Shown piece by piece: positions 10,930 through 20,957 of a stretch of DNA of 64,000 nt. The notes beneath the pieces are model-generated. The model was not told the DNA's origin. It saw nothing but the letters and a program-made list of their open reading frames with translations, and did not search any database. Position numbers and translations under genes: made by a program. This DNA is from an uncultured cyanobacterium. GTDB lineage: Bacteria; Cyanobacteriota; Cyanobacteriia; CAKZMO01. The stretch is taken from positions 109,470 through 173,469 of the forward strand of contig CAVRCJ010000019.1 in NCBI GenBank assembly GCA_963719515.1, in the 5' to 3' direction. How positions within the stretch are numbered: the first letter of the stretch is position 1; each line of letters begins with the position of its first letter.

Positions 10930-11139
10930 TCAGTAGCTGAGCTTAAGCGCTGTTACGGGGACCTCATCCCATGAATCAACATTCCGCAGCCGCGCTACCC
11001 AGCCCTCTAGTCGCTGCGCGTCCGTTAGCTTAGCTACAAATTCCTCGTGGCAGGCTTCAGCCTGGCCGCGATCGCGGGTGGCAATGCAGGCCTGAATTAG
11101 GCCACAGGAATCAACCTGCTCATTAACCCAGATTGTCAT
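10930..11139 (-). CDS. Small conserved cyanobacterial protein of unknown function
   Basis: MTIWVNEQVD...GWVARLRNVDSWDEVPVTALKL; recalled family often loosely labelled 'glycogen debranching protein' but too short for that enzyme. Confidence 0.7.
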   Translation of the reverse strand: MTIWVNEQVDSCGLIQACIATRDRGQAEACHEEFVAKLTDAQRLEGWVARLRNVDSWDEVPVTALKLSY

Positions 11140-11195
11140 TCAGCTCTCCTACGCATTCTCTGCCATCGTAGCGCTAATCGGTATCGGACAGCGCT

Positions 11196-12377
11196 CTAGC
11201 GCAGCCATCCTTCTAGCTGAGCTGCAATCTGAGGGCGGCGCAACTTGCGCATTGCCCGAGTTTGAATTTGTCGAACCCGCTCACGGGACAGATTAAAGTG
11301 ACGGCTAACCTCCTCTAGAGTATGAAACTGTCCTGTTTCAAGGCCGTACCGCAGGGCAATCACGTCGTGCTCATGGGCTGTCAGCGCGCTGGCCAGTACC
11401 CGATGTAGATCCTGACGGAGAATAGCGTCGTCGATGTGACGCTCAGGCGGACAGCTCGTCCCATCTTCCAAAAGGTCCAGCAATTCAGTGTCTTCTTCTT
11501 TGCCGACGCGGTAGTTGAGAGACAGGGCCTTACGCCTCATCTGCTGAAGACGGCGAAGCTGCGGCAGCGGCAGATCCATCGCGTTTGCGAGTTCAGCTTC
11601 CGACGGCGATCGCCCCAGCTGGTGGTTCAGCTCCTGATAGGTCTTTCTAAGGCGGTTGAGTTTCTCAGTGACGTGGATTGGCAGGCGAATGGTGCGGGCA
11701 TCGTTGGCGATCGCGCGGGTAATGCCTTGGCGAATCCACCAGTAGGCGTAGGTCGAAAACTTATAGCCTTTCTCGGGGTCAAACTTTTCGGTCGCTCGGT
11801 GGAGGCCGAGGCTCCCCTCCTGAATCAAGTCGAGGAAAGGAATGCCGCGGTTGAGGTAGCGTTTGGCAATTGAGACGACAAGCCGTAGATTCGAGCGCAC
11901 CATCACTAGCTTTGCCTGACAGCCGCAGCGCTGCTGCTGCCGCAGCTGAGCCGGCGTGAGCTCAAGGGCGATCGCCAGCTCGTCATCTGAGGGTGGTCGC
12001 CGATACTCCTGCTGCAGCTGGCTGCGAGCGGCATTGATTTGGCTGAGGGTCTGCACGCGGCGGGCCAACAATAGCTCTTCTTCCGCCGTCAATAGAGGAT
12101 AGCGGGCCATCTCTTTGAAGAAGGCCCCGGTAGCGTCGTCTGAAGGAGTTTTGACGTAGAGGGGGGGCGAGGCGGAGCCGTCTTCACGGTCGGAGCCAGA
12201 GTCGACGGGGCCAAAGTCGACAGCGCGACCAACGGCTGCGAGCGGCAAATCCAGATCAGAGGTCGTATCGAGGGCTTTGGAATAGGGATCAAAGGCGGGA
12301 CGATCATTCTGTGGCGCAGCAAGCGGAGCCACAGACGATTGTGAGGAAGAGCGATTGGGCTGTCGAGGTGATCCCAT
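11196..12377 (-). CDS. sigE: Group 2 RNA polymerase sigma-70 factor, SigE-like
   Basis: GAFFKEMARYPLL region 1.2, NLRLVVSIAKRY, DLIQEG, KFSTYAYWWIRQ, SRERVRQI; start uncertain. Confidence 0.8.
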   Translation of the reverse strand: MGSPRQPNRSSSQSSVAPLAAPQNDRPAFDPYSKALDTTSDLDLPLAAVGRAVDFGPVDSGSDREDGSASPPLYVKTPSDDATGAFFKEMARYPLLTAEEELLLARRVQTLSQINAARSQLQQEYRRPPSDDELAIALELTPAQLRQQQRCGCQAKLVMVRSNLRLVVSIAKRYLNRGIPFLDLIQEGSLGLHRATEKFDPEKGYKFSTYAYWWIRQGITRAIANDARTIRLPIHVTEKLNRLRKTYQELNHQLGRSPSEAELANAMDLPLPQLRRLQQMRRKALSLNYRVGKEEDTELLDLLEDGTSCPPERHIDDAILRQDLHRVLASALTAHEHDVIALRYGLETGQFHTLEEVSRHFNLSRERVRQIQTRAMRKLRRPQIAAQLEGWLR

Positions 12378-12541
12378 AGGCTGCCAGGCGATCGTTATAG
12401 ATGACCTTAGACCTGTGTCAGCGGTTTGACTACCGCGTATCCACAGAAACAGAGCCACATCTTGGCTAAAGCAACAGCAGCACGCTCCGTAGATCTACAG
12501 GCGTCTTTGAGCGGTAAAGATCGTCCTTAGCAGGGTGAGTT

Positions 12542-14059
12542 CTATTCAGTAAACGAGGTTTCATCCAGGTAGCCCAACCGGTTGTAGGGGCTCATTGCCG
12601 TCAAAATCTGCTGTCCGTAGCTGCGGTGGTTCACCCGGTTGTCCAGTAGGGCAACGATGCCACGCTCTTGGCGGAGGGGGGCGATCGCCCGCTGCAGCTC
12701 GTTGAGAGTTTCCGGAAGCAGGTAGTGGGTAAACCAGTTGAGGCGCTTTTTTTTGTAGTAGGCTACCCGCCCCGCCACTAGGGGATCTTCTAGAGAGGGG
12801 ATGGGCAGCGTCGTGACCACTAGCAGCTGGGGAATGGGCAAAACCGCCTGCTGCTCCTGCCAATAGCGCCAGCCGGTCACCAAAACGCCAGTGTCATCCA
12901 GGCAAGTCCGCTCGACCTGGACGCGCGATCCGTATTCTGCCGCGAGGGTCGCTCCCACCTGAGCTTTGAGAGGGACGTCATTGACCAACAGCACAACAAG
13001 CCCGCTACCCGTGGACGTCAGCGCGAGCAGCGAACGAATCTCCATGAGCAAGGCCGACTGAAACTGAGGCGTGTTGGGCATGGGGAGGCGATCGGGCAAA
13101 TAGAGCTGAATCGACTCATGGTGACGGTCGGGGGAGAACTTGATATAGGTCGGGTCTGAGAGCCCTAGCCGCTCCCGATAGATCAGCGCCTCGCTGTGAT
13201 CATCCAAGGCACCACCGACCAGCACAAAGGGCTGCCGCTGCCATACCGGCTGCATCCACGGCGCTACCTCAACAGGAGCTTCATGGAGGGAGAACTGTCC
13301 CTGCTCGCGGGAGAGGGTCGCCCAGAGGAGAAGGTTGGGCTGCTGAAACCGCTCAAAAAACTGCTGCCAGGGGGGACAGTCGTCTAACCCATTAGCGGCC
13401 GTGGTCCGCAGGTGGTGATAAAGGTCAGATAAGGCCAGCTTCTCTGAAGACTCAAGGAGGTAGCAACCGTAGGGGTTGGGAGGGCGATGGCAAAGGTCAT
13501 GGGTGAGCTGGACTAAGGTTTCCCGAATGACTGACCCCTGTTCGGGGCGGGCCAGCCTCAGCGCTGACCAGTGACCTGGGGTGAGGTGCCGTGATAGGGC
13601 GTGGCGGACCTGTCGCTCTAGATCGTCAGCGCCATCAATCAGCGTGAGGATTCCGTCAGGAAGGTGCGGCGATTCTAGGCGATCGCGCAGCCAGGTTTCA
13701 GGAGACGTGATCAAAATGCCGCGAAAATTTGGGGAGGGCCAGCGATCGCCCTGGCAGATGGCCTTGCTGGTGGTCATCCACTGCTTGAGCCGGGGAATTT
13801 CGACATATAGCAGCCGCTGCTGCAGGCTTTCGGAGGCCACAATGATCACAGGTTCGGGCCAGGCCATAGCAGGCAGCAGATAGCTCAACCGATAGCAGCC
13901 GTAGAGACCAGAGGGCGGTCCTGCCTGAATTAGAGCGCTGCGCCGCAGCCTGAACGCACGCGCTATAAGCCTCGCCATCGTTAAGTGGTGGGGCCATACG
14001 GGTTCTCCCTGCTCCCGCAGGAACGCTCGCAGCTGCTGATGGACCTCTACCTCGATCAC
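12542..14059 (-). CDS. DinG-like helicase-fold protein with degenerate ATPase motifs
   Basis: C-terminal LPIPSLEDP and GIVALLDNR...SYG resemble the DinG C-terminal domain; GTG start at 14059. Confidence 0.8.
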   Translation of the reverse strand: MIEVEVHQQLRAFLREQGEPVWPHHLTMARLIARAFRLRRSALIQAGPPSGLYGCYRLSYLLPAMAWPEPVIIVASESLQQRLLYVEIPRLKQWMTTSKAICQGDRWPSPNFRGILITSPETWLRDRLESPHLPDGILTLIDGADDLERQVRHALSRHLTPGHWSALRLARPEQGSVIRETLVQLTHDLCHRPPNPYGCYLLESSEKLALSDLYHHLRTTAANGLDDCPPWQQFFERFQQPNLLLWATLSREQGQFSLHEAPVEVAPWMQPVWQRQPFVLVGGALDDHSEALIYRERLGLSDPTYIKFSPDRHHESIQLYLPDRLPMPNTPQFQSALLMEIRSLLALTSTGSGLVVLLVNDVPLKAQVGATLAAEYGSRVQVERTCLDDTGVLVTGWRYWQEQQAVLPIPQLLVVTTLPIPSLEDPLVAGRVAYYKKKRLNWFTHYLLPETLNELQRAIAPLRQERGIVALLDNRVNHRSYGQQILTAMSPYNRLGYLDETSFTE

Positions 14060-14216
14060 CCGTGAACGGCCTCTAAGACAATGCACCCTATTGTGACATA
14101 CCTACCTTGAGAGGACGGTGGCCGCTTTAACCCCTTGACTTCGTGATAGATTAGCTGGGCTTTGGTGCGTTTGGGACGCGCCCCAACCCACCGCAATAGG
14201 AGCTAGCACCCTGCAA

Positions 14217-15071
14217 ATGGGCACCCTGCAAATTGGAATTATTGGACTAGGGTTGATTGGCGGATCTTTGGCCCTCGACCTCAAGGCAAAAACGAGCTAC
14301 GAGGTGGTTGGCATCAGCCGTCGGCAGGAGATTTGCGATCGCGCCATCGGGCGGCGGATGGTCGACCAGGCCAGCACCGATCTGAGCCTGTTGGCCACGG
14401 CAGACCTGGTGGTTATCTGTACGCCGCTGCACGCCATCGCCCCCACCGTCCAGCAGCTGGTGCCCCATCTCAAGGCTGACGCCGTGTTGACCGATGTCGG
14501 TTCCGTCAAGCAGTCGGTGGTCGCGGCGGTGGAGCCTCTGTGGCCCCGCTTCGTAGGCGGCCACCCCATGGCCGGGACGGCCCACCAGGGTTTAGAGGCA
14601 GCAGTCGCTAATCTGTTTGTGGGTCGACCCTACGTCCTTACCCCTACAGCAGCTACGCCAGCGGCGGCAATAGAGCGGGTAAACCAGATGATTCAGCCGC
14701 TGGACTGCGTGGTGTACCGGTGTGACCCAGCAATACATGATCAGGCCGTTGCCTGGATATCCCATCTGCCGGTAATGGTGAGCGCCAGCGTGATCGCCGC
14801 CTGCACCCAGGCCGAGGCCGACGTTCTCACTTTGGCTCAGTCGGTCGCCAGCTCTGGGTTCCGCGACACCTCCCGGGTGGGCGGGGGGAACCCGGAGCTA
14901 GGGGTAATGATGGCCCAATACAACCGCCACAACCTGCTGCGATCGCTCCAGGTTTACCGGCAGCAGCTCGACCAGCTCACCGACAGTATTGAGCGGCAAG
15001 ACTGGGCGGCGCTAGACGCCGCGCTCAGACAGACCCAAGGCGATCGCCCTGCGTTTGTACCGGAGCCCTAG
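14217..15071 (+). CDS. tyrA: Prephenate/arogenate dehydrogenase
   Basis: GLGLIGGS Rossmann motif, DVGSVK, GGHPMAG, HD..VAWISHLP, FRDTSRV. Confidence 0.95.
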   Translation: MGTLQIGIIGLGLIGGSLALDLKAKTSYEVVGISRRQEICDRAIGRRMVDQASTDLSLLATADLVVICTPLHAIAPTVQQLVPHLKADAVLTDVGSVKQSVVAAVEPLWPRFVGGHPMAGTAHQGLEAAVANLFVGRPYVLTPTAATPAAAIERVNQMIQPLDCVVYRCDPAIHDQAVAWISHLPVMVSASVIAACTQAEADVLTLAQSVASSGFRDTSRVGGGNPELGVMMAQYNRHNLLRSLQVYRQQLDQLTDSIERQDWAALDAALRQTQGDRPAFVPEP

Positions 15072-15085
15072 CGCTTCGAACCAGT

Positions 15086-15673
15086 CTACGAATCCTGCTG
15101 TAGGGCATCGAGCTGGGCCAGCACCTCGCGGCTGTGGCCCGCAGGTCTAACCCCCGTGAACCGCGCCCGCATTGTCCCATCGGGATCAACGATGTAGGTG
15201 TGCCGCAGGGAGGAGACGCCGAGCCAAGAGCCGTAAGCCTTGCTCACCGAGCCATCGGTATCGGCCAGCAGGGAAAAGGTGAGCCCCTCAGAGTCGCAAA
15301 ATTCGGCGTGGGAATCAACGTCGTCGACGCTGATGCCGACGATTTGGGCGTTGCGATCGCTGTATTGAGGCAGGTCGCGCTGGAACCGCTGCGCCTCTAG
15401 GGTACAGCCGGGAGTGAAGTCTTTGGGGTAGAAGTAGACCACAAGCCACTGACCGAGGTAATCCGCCAGGGAAACGGAACCCTCTCCCGTATTGGTTGGC
15501 AGCGTGAAGCTAGGAGCGGGCTCGTTGAGGGGGGGCTGTGGCCCGCCGAGGGCCAGCGCGGGCGGGGCAAGAACTACCAGGGTAAGGGCAATTGTAAGTG
15601 AGAGAAAAAGATCGATGCTGGACTTTGTCCAGTTTCTAATTTGATTCACGGTTGGCTCGCCGGGTTGCAACAC
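15086..15673 (-). CDS. Peroxiredoxin (Bcp/PrxQ type) with N-terminal signal/TM segment
   Basis: YFYPKDFTPGCTLEA active-site motif; start uncertain. Confidence 0.92.
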   Translation of the reverse strand: MLQPGEPTVNQIRNWTKSSIDLFLSLTIALTLVVLAPPALALGGPQPPLNEPAPSFTLPTNTGEGSVSLADYLGQWLVVYFYPKDFTPGCTLEAQRFQRDLPQYSDRNAQIVGISVDDVDSHAEFCDSEGLTFSLLADTDGSVSKAYGSWLGVSSLRHTYIVDPDGTMRARFTGVRPAGHSREVLAQLDALQQDS

Positions 15674-15691
15674 ACATAGGGTATCAGCATA

Positions 15692-16246
15692 TCAATCCGT
15701 GGCCTGAGCCATTCGCCACCAGCGGTTGAGGGGGTAGTAGATAACCGGAGCCCAAAGGCTGCTCAAGATGGCGGAACTCAGCGTAATTTGCTGGTGGTAA
15801 AGCCAGGTGCGGGTGAGGAGGGGGTAGGATTTTGGCACCGCGTTGAGGAGATACTGGAGGCTAAACTGAATTGCCATCACGGTTTCCACCAAAATTGCCA
15901 TGGCAAACACGATCATGGCTACTGAAATAAAATCTTCCTGAATGTATTTTTGCTTCTGCAGCCGGGCCGTCAGCACCCCCGCCAAAATTAGTCCAAGCGT
16001 ATGGGTGGGCTGGGGCATGCTCATACCGTCTTGAATCAGCCCTAGGCAAAGGCCAGCGATCGCCCCTTGAAAGACAGATCGCTTCAGGCTCCAGGCGACA
16101 ACCCAGATCAAAAGCCAGTTTGGCCCAGCTCCTAAAAGCTCGATACCCGAGAACCGAGCCGGCAGAACCATCACGCAGACGGCAACGGAAGCCGCCGTAA
16201 CCGTCCAATCTAGAACACGCTTCAGGGTGGGATTAAGGGTTTCCAT
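15692..16246 (-). CDS. mreD: Rod shape-determining protein MreD
   Basis: Hydrophobic, PNWLLIWVVAWS, GLIQD; follows mreC. Confidence 0.9.
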   Translation of the reverse strand: METLNPTLKRVLDWTVTAASVAVCVMVLPARFSGIELLGAGPNWLLIWVVAWSLKRSVFQGAIAGLCLGLIQDGMSMPQPTHTLGLILAGVLTARLQKQKYIQEDFISVAMIVFAMAILVETVMAIQFSLQYLLNAVPKSYPLLTRTWLYHQQITLSSAILSSLWAPVIYYPLNRWWRMAQATD

Positions 16247-17021
16247 TGTCTGGCGTCGTGGCTGCAGTGCCCAGCCCATCCCGCTGCGGATTGGAGTAGA
16301 CGGTGACCCACTCTAATCGGCTGATGGGCGATGAAATTTCGATGACGGCCTCCGGGGCCGGTGACTTAGTCAGATCAATTGAGCGCACGGTCCCTACCGG
16401 AATACCCACCGGGAAAAGTTGGCTAAGGCGTGATGTGACCACCACATCCCCCGGACGAATGTCGGGCACCTTGTCAAACAAAACCATCACGGCTTGATCC
16501 CCCGCCTGTCCCCGCAGATAGCCCATGGCCCGAGAACGACTCACCGTCACACCCACCTGACTCGCCGGATCGCTGAGGAGCAAAACTCGGCTCGTGTTTG
16601 GCGTAGCGTGGGTAACGCGTCCCACCAGTCCGCCTACCCCAGCGACCACGTCGCCCACCTGCACTCCGGCACTTTTGCCCTGGCCCAGCAAAAGCTGGTG
16701 CCACCATTGATCTGTGCTCCGACCGATGACGGGGGCAAACACTTTGTCAACAGGGGTCAGGTCCGGCGAATCCAAAAGCGATCGCAGCTGCTGGTTTTGC
16801 TGCTGCATTTCCTGCAGCTGGCCCTGAAGCTCCCGAACGCGGGCTGTCTCAATAGCCTCTGCGTCAGATGGCGCAGCCTGAGCGAGCTGCTGCATCCAGC
16901 GATAGACTTCTAGAACGGGTAGACCATTGGTTTGCCGAACGAGCCAGGCTGCGACCAGGGCCAGTGATATCAGCCCTAGCCGCAGTCCGTGAAGCTCCCA
17001 CCAGCGGCGAAACGTATACAT
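16233..17021 (-). CDS. mreC: Rod shape-determining protein MreC
   Basis: TM plus coiled coil, VIGR, GLVGRV, GDVVVTS...FPVGIPVG. Confidence 0.93.
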   Translation of the reverse strand: MYTFRRWWELHGLRLGLISLALVAAWLVRQTNGLPVLEVYRWMQQLAQAAPSDAEAIETARVRELQGQLQEMQQQNQQLRSLLDSPDLTPVDKVFAPVIGRSTDQWWHQLLLGQGKSAGVQVGDVVAGVGGLVGRVTHATPNTSRVLLLSDPASQVGVTVSRSRAMGYLRGQAGDQAVMVLFDKVPDIRPGDVVVTSRLSQLFPVGIPVGTVRSIDLTKSPAPEAVIEISSPISRLEWVTVYSNPQRDGLGTAATTPDNGNP

Positions 17022-17147
17022 TCTGATGACTCGATGACGGTAATGTATAGAACAAAAAAGAAGGGAATACGCGGAGCACAGCGCTCTAAAACCGGGTGAG
17101 TTTGAGCGATCGCTGCCAATTAATAATCCCTTCGATATTACTTAACA

Positions 17148-18173
17148 TTACTTAAAAACGCGAGCAAGCTGCTTAAAGTTCTCCAGCACGCGCCCCGTTC
17201 CCAACACAACACAGCTCAGCGGATCGGCGGCAATGTGAACCACTATGCCGGTCTCGTGGCTGATGAGGGTGTCAAGCTCTTTGAGCAGCGCCCCACCTCC
17301 CGCCAGCATAATGCCGCGGTCGACGATGTCAGCAGCAAGTTCTGGCGGCGTCCGCTCTAAGGTACGCTTAACGGCGTCAATAATAACGGAAAGGGGCTCA
17401 GACATGGCTTCTCGCATCTCGGGAGCCTTGACGGTTACCGTTCTCGGCAGGCCTGATAGCAGATGAAGGCCGCGCACTTCTATTGTCATCTCCTCCTCGT
17501 TGGGCGTAGGGTAGGCTGAGCCAATAGATATTTTGATCTCCTCAGCCGTGCGCTCACCGATCACTAAGTTATGCACCTTCTTCATGTATTGGACCAGTGC
17601 ATCGCTAAGCTCATCTCCAGCAACCCGCACCGACTCGCTGAGGACGGTGCCCTGAAGGCTGAGGACGGCGACTTCAGTAGTTCCCCCACCGATATCGATG
17701 ATCATGTTGCCGGTGGCCTCGGCCACTGGCAATCCGGCCCCAATCGCGGCGGCTACCGGCTCGTCGATTAGGTGAACTTCCCGCGCCCCGGCCTCCCGCG
17801 CGGCATCTTCCACGGCCCGGCGCTCTACCCCGGTAACGCCGCTGGGGATGCCGATGACGATGCGCGGAGAGACCAAGGTTCGTCCCTCATGAACCCGCCG
17901 GATGAAATGCTTCAGCATGATTTCGGCGGTGTCAAAATCCGCAATGACGCCGTCTCGGAGGGGCCTCAAGGCCAAAACGTTTCCGGGGGTCCGCCCCAGC
18001 ATCTTCTTGGCGTCCTCCCCTACAGCGAGCGGCGTCTTATCATTTTGGTCAATGGCGACGACCGAAGGCTCTTGCAGCACAATGCCTTTACCCGAAACGT
18101 AAACGAGGGTATTGGCGGTACCGAGGTCGATACCCATGTCGCGTGACAGCGAGAAGCGATTTAGAATTCCCAC
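17148..18173 (-). CDS. mreB: Rod shape-determining protein MreB
   Basis: GIDLGTANT, EPSVVA, DIGGGTTE, LAGGGALL. Confidence 0.98.
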   Translation of the reverse strand: MGILNRFSLSRDMGIDLGTANTLVYVSGKGIVLQEPSVVAIDQNDKTPLAVGEDAKKMLGRTPGNVLALRPLRDGVIADFDTAEIMLKHFIRRVHEGRTLVSPRIVIGIPSGVTGVERRAVEDAAREAGAREVHLIDEPVAAAIGAGLPVAEATGNMIIDIGGGTTEVAVLSLQGTVLSESVRVAGDELSDALVQYMKKVHNLVIGERTAEEIKISIGSAYPTPNEEEMTIEVRGLHLLSGLPRTVTVKAPEMREAMSEPLSVIIDAVKRTLERTPPELAADIVDRGIMLAGGGALLKELDTLISHETGIVVHIAADPLSCVVLGTGRVLENFKQLARVFK

Positions 18174-18627
18174 GAGTTATTTACTCTCCCAAAAGTTGGA
18201 CGGATAGATGGTAATACGGTCGGGAATTTATTCACCAGAGCGCTAGCGACAGCTGACCTAGCACGCTGAGACTTTGTGACGCTGTGGTTTTCAAGGGTAG
18301 ACCTGGACTAATTGACCTTAGTGGTTCGCTGCTCACAGCACGCTCTCTACCAACAATACCTAAACGGTCAGGATTCTATTACGTTTTCGGGATATCGTCT
18401 AGTGATGTCGTACCAGTTTAGGAAGCGATCGCAATATCAGGGGCGGTCAGGCCCAACTGGACCAATTAGGGTAGATGCACTGAGATTACATCCATTATGC
18501 CTGCCGTCGACCTCGAGTCCTCGCACAGACCTGAACAGATTGCAACAGTTGTAGACCTCTATCGTCACGCTATTCTGGAAGATGGAAACTATTACCGCCA
18601 ATACAGCGTTAGGACTGAGCGATCGAT

Positions 18628-18987
18628 ATGGGACTAAACACCATCAATCTAGTGGGTCGGGCGGGGCGCGACCCCGACGTACGCTACTTTGAGTCAGGCA
18701 GCGTGTTGTGCCGGCTGACGCTGGCAGTTGACCGCCGCCGCCGCAATAGCGATGAGCCCGACTGGTTTAACTTAGAGATCTGGGGCAGAACGGCTGAGAT
18801 TGCAGCCAACTACGTGCGCAAGGGAAGCCTCATTGGCATCAGCGGCGCGCTCAAGATTGACCGCTGGCAAGATCGCTCTACGGGAGCCGACCGCACCAGC
18901 CCTTCTATTCGCGTCGATCGCTTAGAGCTGCTAGGGTCGAAGCGAGACAACGAAGCCCAAGGCGGCGGAAACTACGACGAATTTTAA
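18628..18987 (+). CDS. ssb: Single-stranded DNA-binding protein
   Basis: NLVGRAGRDP, WFNLEIWGRTAE, KGSLI, acidic tail DEF. Confidence 0.95.
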   Translation: MGLNTINLVGRAGRDPDVRYFESGSVLCRLTLAVDRRRRNSDEPDWFNLEIWGRTAEIAANYVRKGSLIGISGALKIDRWQDRSTGADRTSPSIRVDRLELLGSKRDNEAQGGGNYDEF

Positions 18988-18994
18988 GTCCCCG

Positions 18995-19021
18995 CAGGGG
19001 CACGGCACCGCCGTGCCCCTG
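18995..19021. terminator. GC-rich hairpin between convergent ssb and DUF3531 gene (terminator or REP-like)
   Basis: CAGGGGCACGGC-ACC-GCCGTGCCCCTG, 12-bp perfect stem, followed by TAAAAA. Confidence 0.65.
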
Positions 19022-19075
19022 TAAAAAGGCATACCGCTCACCGACAGAGTTCTTTTGCCGGCAGTTTGACTGAGT

Positions 19076-19537
19076 CTAATTTTGGTCCAAATCGGCCCGA
19101 GGAATAAAGGTGCGCTCGTGTTCAGGCGCTGGCCAGTCGGGGTTCTCCCCGCCAATGATCAGCCGCTTGATGGTGACGTAGTCTCGGCTAAACTGGGTCA
19201 GCGCATTGACCAATGCGTCGAGGGCGATCGCATCTGAAGTGCCCAGATCAAACCAGCAGCGCACCCAAAAGCCGTTGTACTCTAAATCGGCCATGTTGTG
19301 CATCACCGACATCAACGTGCGGTCGGCGGCGTCTTGGTCATAGGGCAGATAGCTAACGTCAATTCCCGCCTCCTGCACCTGCAGGTTCTCGGCGTTGAAG
19401 CCCCCCAGCTTGCCTAAGAAAAACCAGGAGCTAAAGATCTCCTCAAAATACTGCTGCTCGGAGGAGGTGGGGACCGTCTCCAGCTCCAGCCAAATCCAAA
19501 GATCGAAGACATTGCATTCGCGAAATTCAACTTCCAT
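19076..19537 (-). CDS. DUF3531 family protein
   Basis: DLWIWLE, SWFFLGKLGGFNAENLQV, WVRCWFDLGTSD. Confidence 0.8.
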   Translation of the reverse strand: MEVEFRECNVFDLWIWLELETVPTSSEQQYFEEIFSSWFFLGKLGGFNAENLQVQEAGIDVSYLPYDQDAADRTLMSVMHNMADLEYNGFWVRCWFDLGTSDAIALDALVNALTQFSRDYVTIKRLIIGGENPDWPAPEHERTFIPRADLDQN

Positions 19538-19604
19538 AAAAACTCAGCGAGGGGAACTTTGTGTAGTCTTAGGGTTTTGACCGGGCCAGCTAGGCAGCAG
19601 GCGA

Positions 19605-20732
19605 CTAGCGATCCGCTAGACCAACCGCATCCGAGATATGGGCCACGCCCGCTTGGTCCATCCGATGCAGTAGGTACTCTAGTATACGGCGGGTCATTCC
19701 CGGACCTTCATAAATCCAGCCGGTGTACACCTGCAGCAGGCTTGCCCCCGCCGTGATTTTCTCCCAGGCGTCTTCCCCGGTAAAGACGCCGCCTACGCCA
19801 ACAATAGGCAGCTTTCCTCCTGTATAGCGGTAGATGAACCGAATCACTTCTGTGGCGCGCGATCGCAGCGGTGCGCCGCTGAGCCCCCCCGCCTCTTGGG
19901 CTACGGGCTGCCCCGTACGGCGAATTCTTAAGGTCATCAAGTGGGCGCGACTGAGGGTGGTGTTGGTCGCAATGATGCCCGAAATTCCCAAGGATTGGGC
20001 TAGGTCTAGCACTGCTGCAAGGTCATCCCAGGCGAGATCGGGGGAAATTTTGATCAAGATAGGCAACCCCCCTGTGTTGAGGGACTGGAGACGCTCCAAT
20101 ATGGGCTGCAGCTGCTCTACGGCCTGCAGCGATCGCAGCCCTGGGGTATTAGGAGAAGAGACATTGACCACTACGTACTCTCCCAGACCTTGGAGAGCTG
20201 TGAAGCTGTGGCCGTAATCTTCGACCGCCTCATCCAAGGGGGTGATTTTAGACTTGCCTATATTGAGCCCTAGGGGAATGGGGTGAGCTGCGTCGCCCCA
20301 GGTTTGCTCCAAGGTATGAGCTAGGGCTTCTGCCCCCTGATTATTGAAGCCCATGCGGTTGAGGGCGGCCCGATCGCTCGCCAATCGAAATAGTCTGGGA
20401 AGCGGGTTACCAGGCTGAGCACGGCGGGTGACGGTGCCCAGCTCGGCAAAGCCGAAGCCTAGCCAATGCCACGCTCCTGAGGCGAGACCGTCTTTGTCAA
20501 AGCCCGCCGCTAGCCCCACAGGGTTGGCGAAGGGAACGTTCCAAATCGATTGGGCGAGGCGGGGAGACTGAACGCAGTAGGTGGACTGTAGAATCGTCTG
20601 TACCTGACGGCCCCAAGCCTGCTGCCGGCAGAGCGATCGCAAGGCTAGAATCGTCCGCCGCTGCAGCTGCTCTGGGTTGACGTCGGCAGCGCCCGCGACA
20701 AGCGGACGAATTGCTAAATAAGGATCAAACAT
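19605..20732 (-). CDS. pyrD: Quinone-dependent dihydroorotate dehydrogenase
   Basis: NPVGLAAGFDK, GNPLPRLFR, NRMGFNN, NVSSPNTPGLR, GGLSG. Confidence 0.97.
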   Translation of the reverse strand: MFDPYLAIRPLVAGAADVNPEQLQRRTILALRSLCRQQAWGRQVQTILQSTYCVQSPRLAQSIWNVPFANPVGLAAGFDKDGLASGAWHWLGFGFAELGTVTRRAQPGNPLPRLFRLASDRAALNRMGFNNQGAEALAHTLEQTWGDAAHPIPLGLNIGKSKITPLDEAVEDYGHSFTALQGLGEYVVVNVSSPNTPGLRSLQAVEQLQPILERLQSLNTGGLPILIKISPDLAWDDLAAVLDLAQSLGISGIIATNTTLSRAHLMTLRIRRTGQPVAQEAGGLSGAPLRSRATEVIRFIYRYTGGKLPIVGVGGVFTGEDAWEKITAGASLLQVYTGWIYEGPGMTRRILEYLLHRMDQAGVAHISDAVGLADR

Positions 20733-20957
20733 TGAGCAGCGGCTGGTTTACGATGGATAGTCGCGGCGGACCACTCCTATCTAACCAGACGACGCAGGGC
20801 GGGCGCTAGGCCCACTGCTTGCCGCATCCTGTTGAGAATGCCAATATCAGGTATATTCTGTCCAAGGATAGGGCGCGATGGTGCTGATGTTTTGACGTTG
20901 ACCTTTCAACGATAGTCCCTAGGTGCCTGATGTATCTACGAGAACGAGACAACCATC

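Noticed and set aside
18312..18554. 80-aa ORF between mreB and ssb; LexA/NtcA boxes nearby
   Set aside because: No protein motifs; no full match to RGTAC-N4-GTWC or GTA-N8-TAC seen
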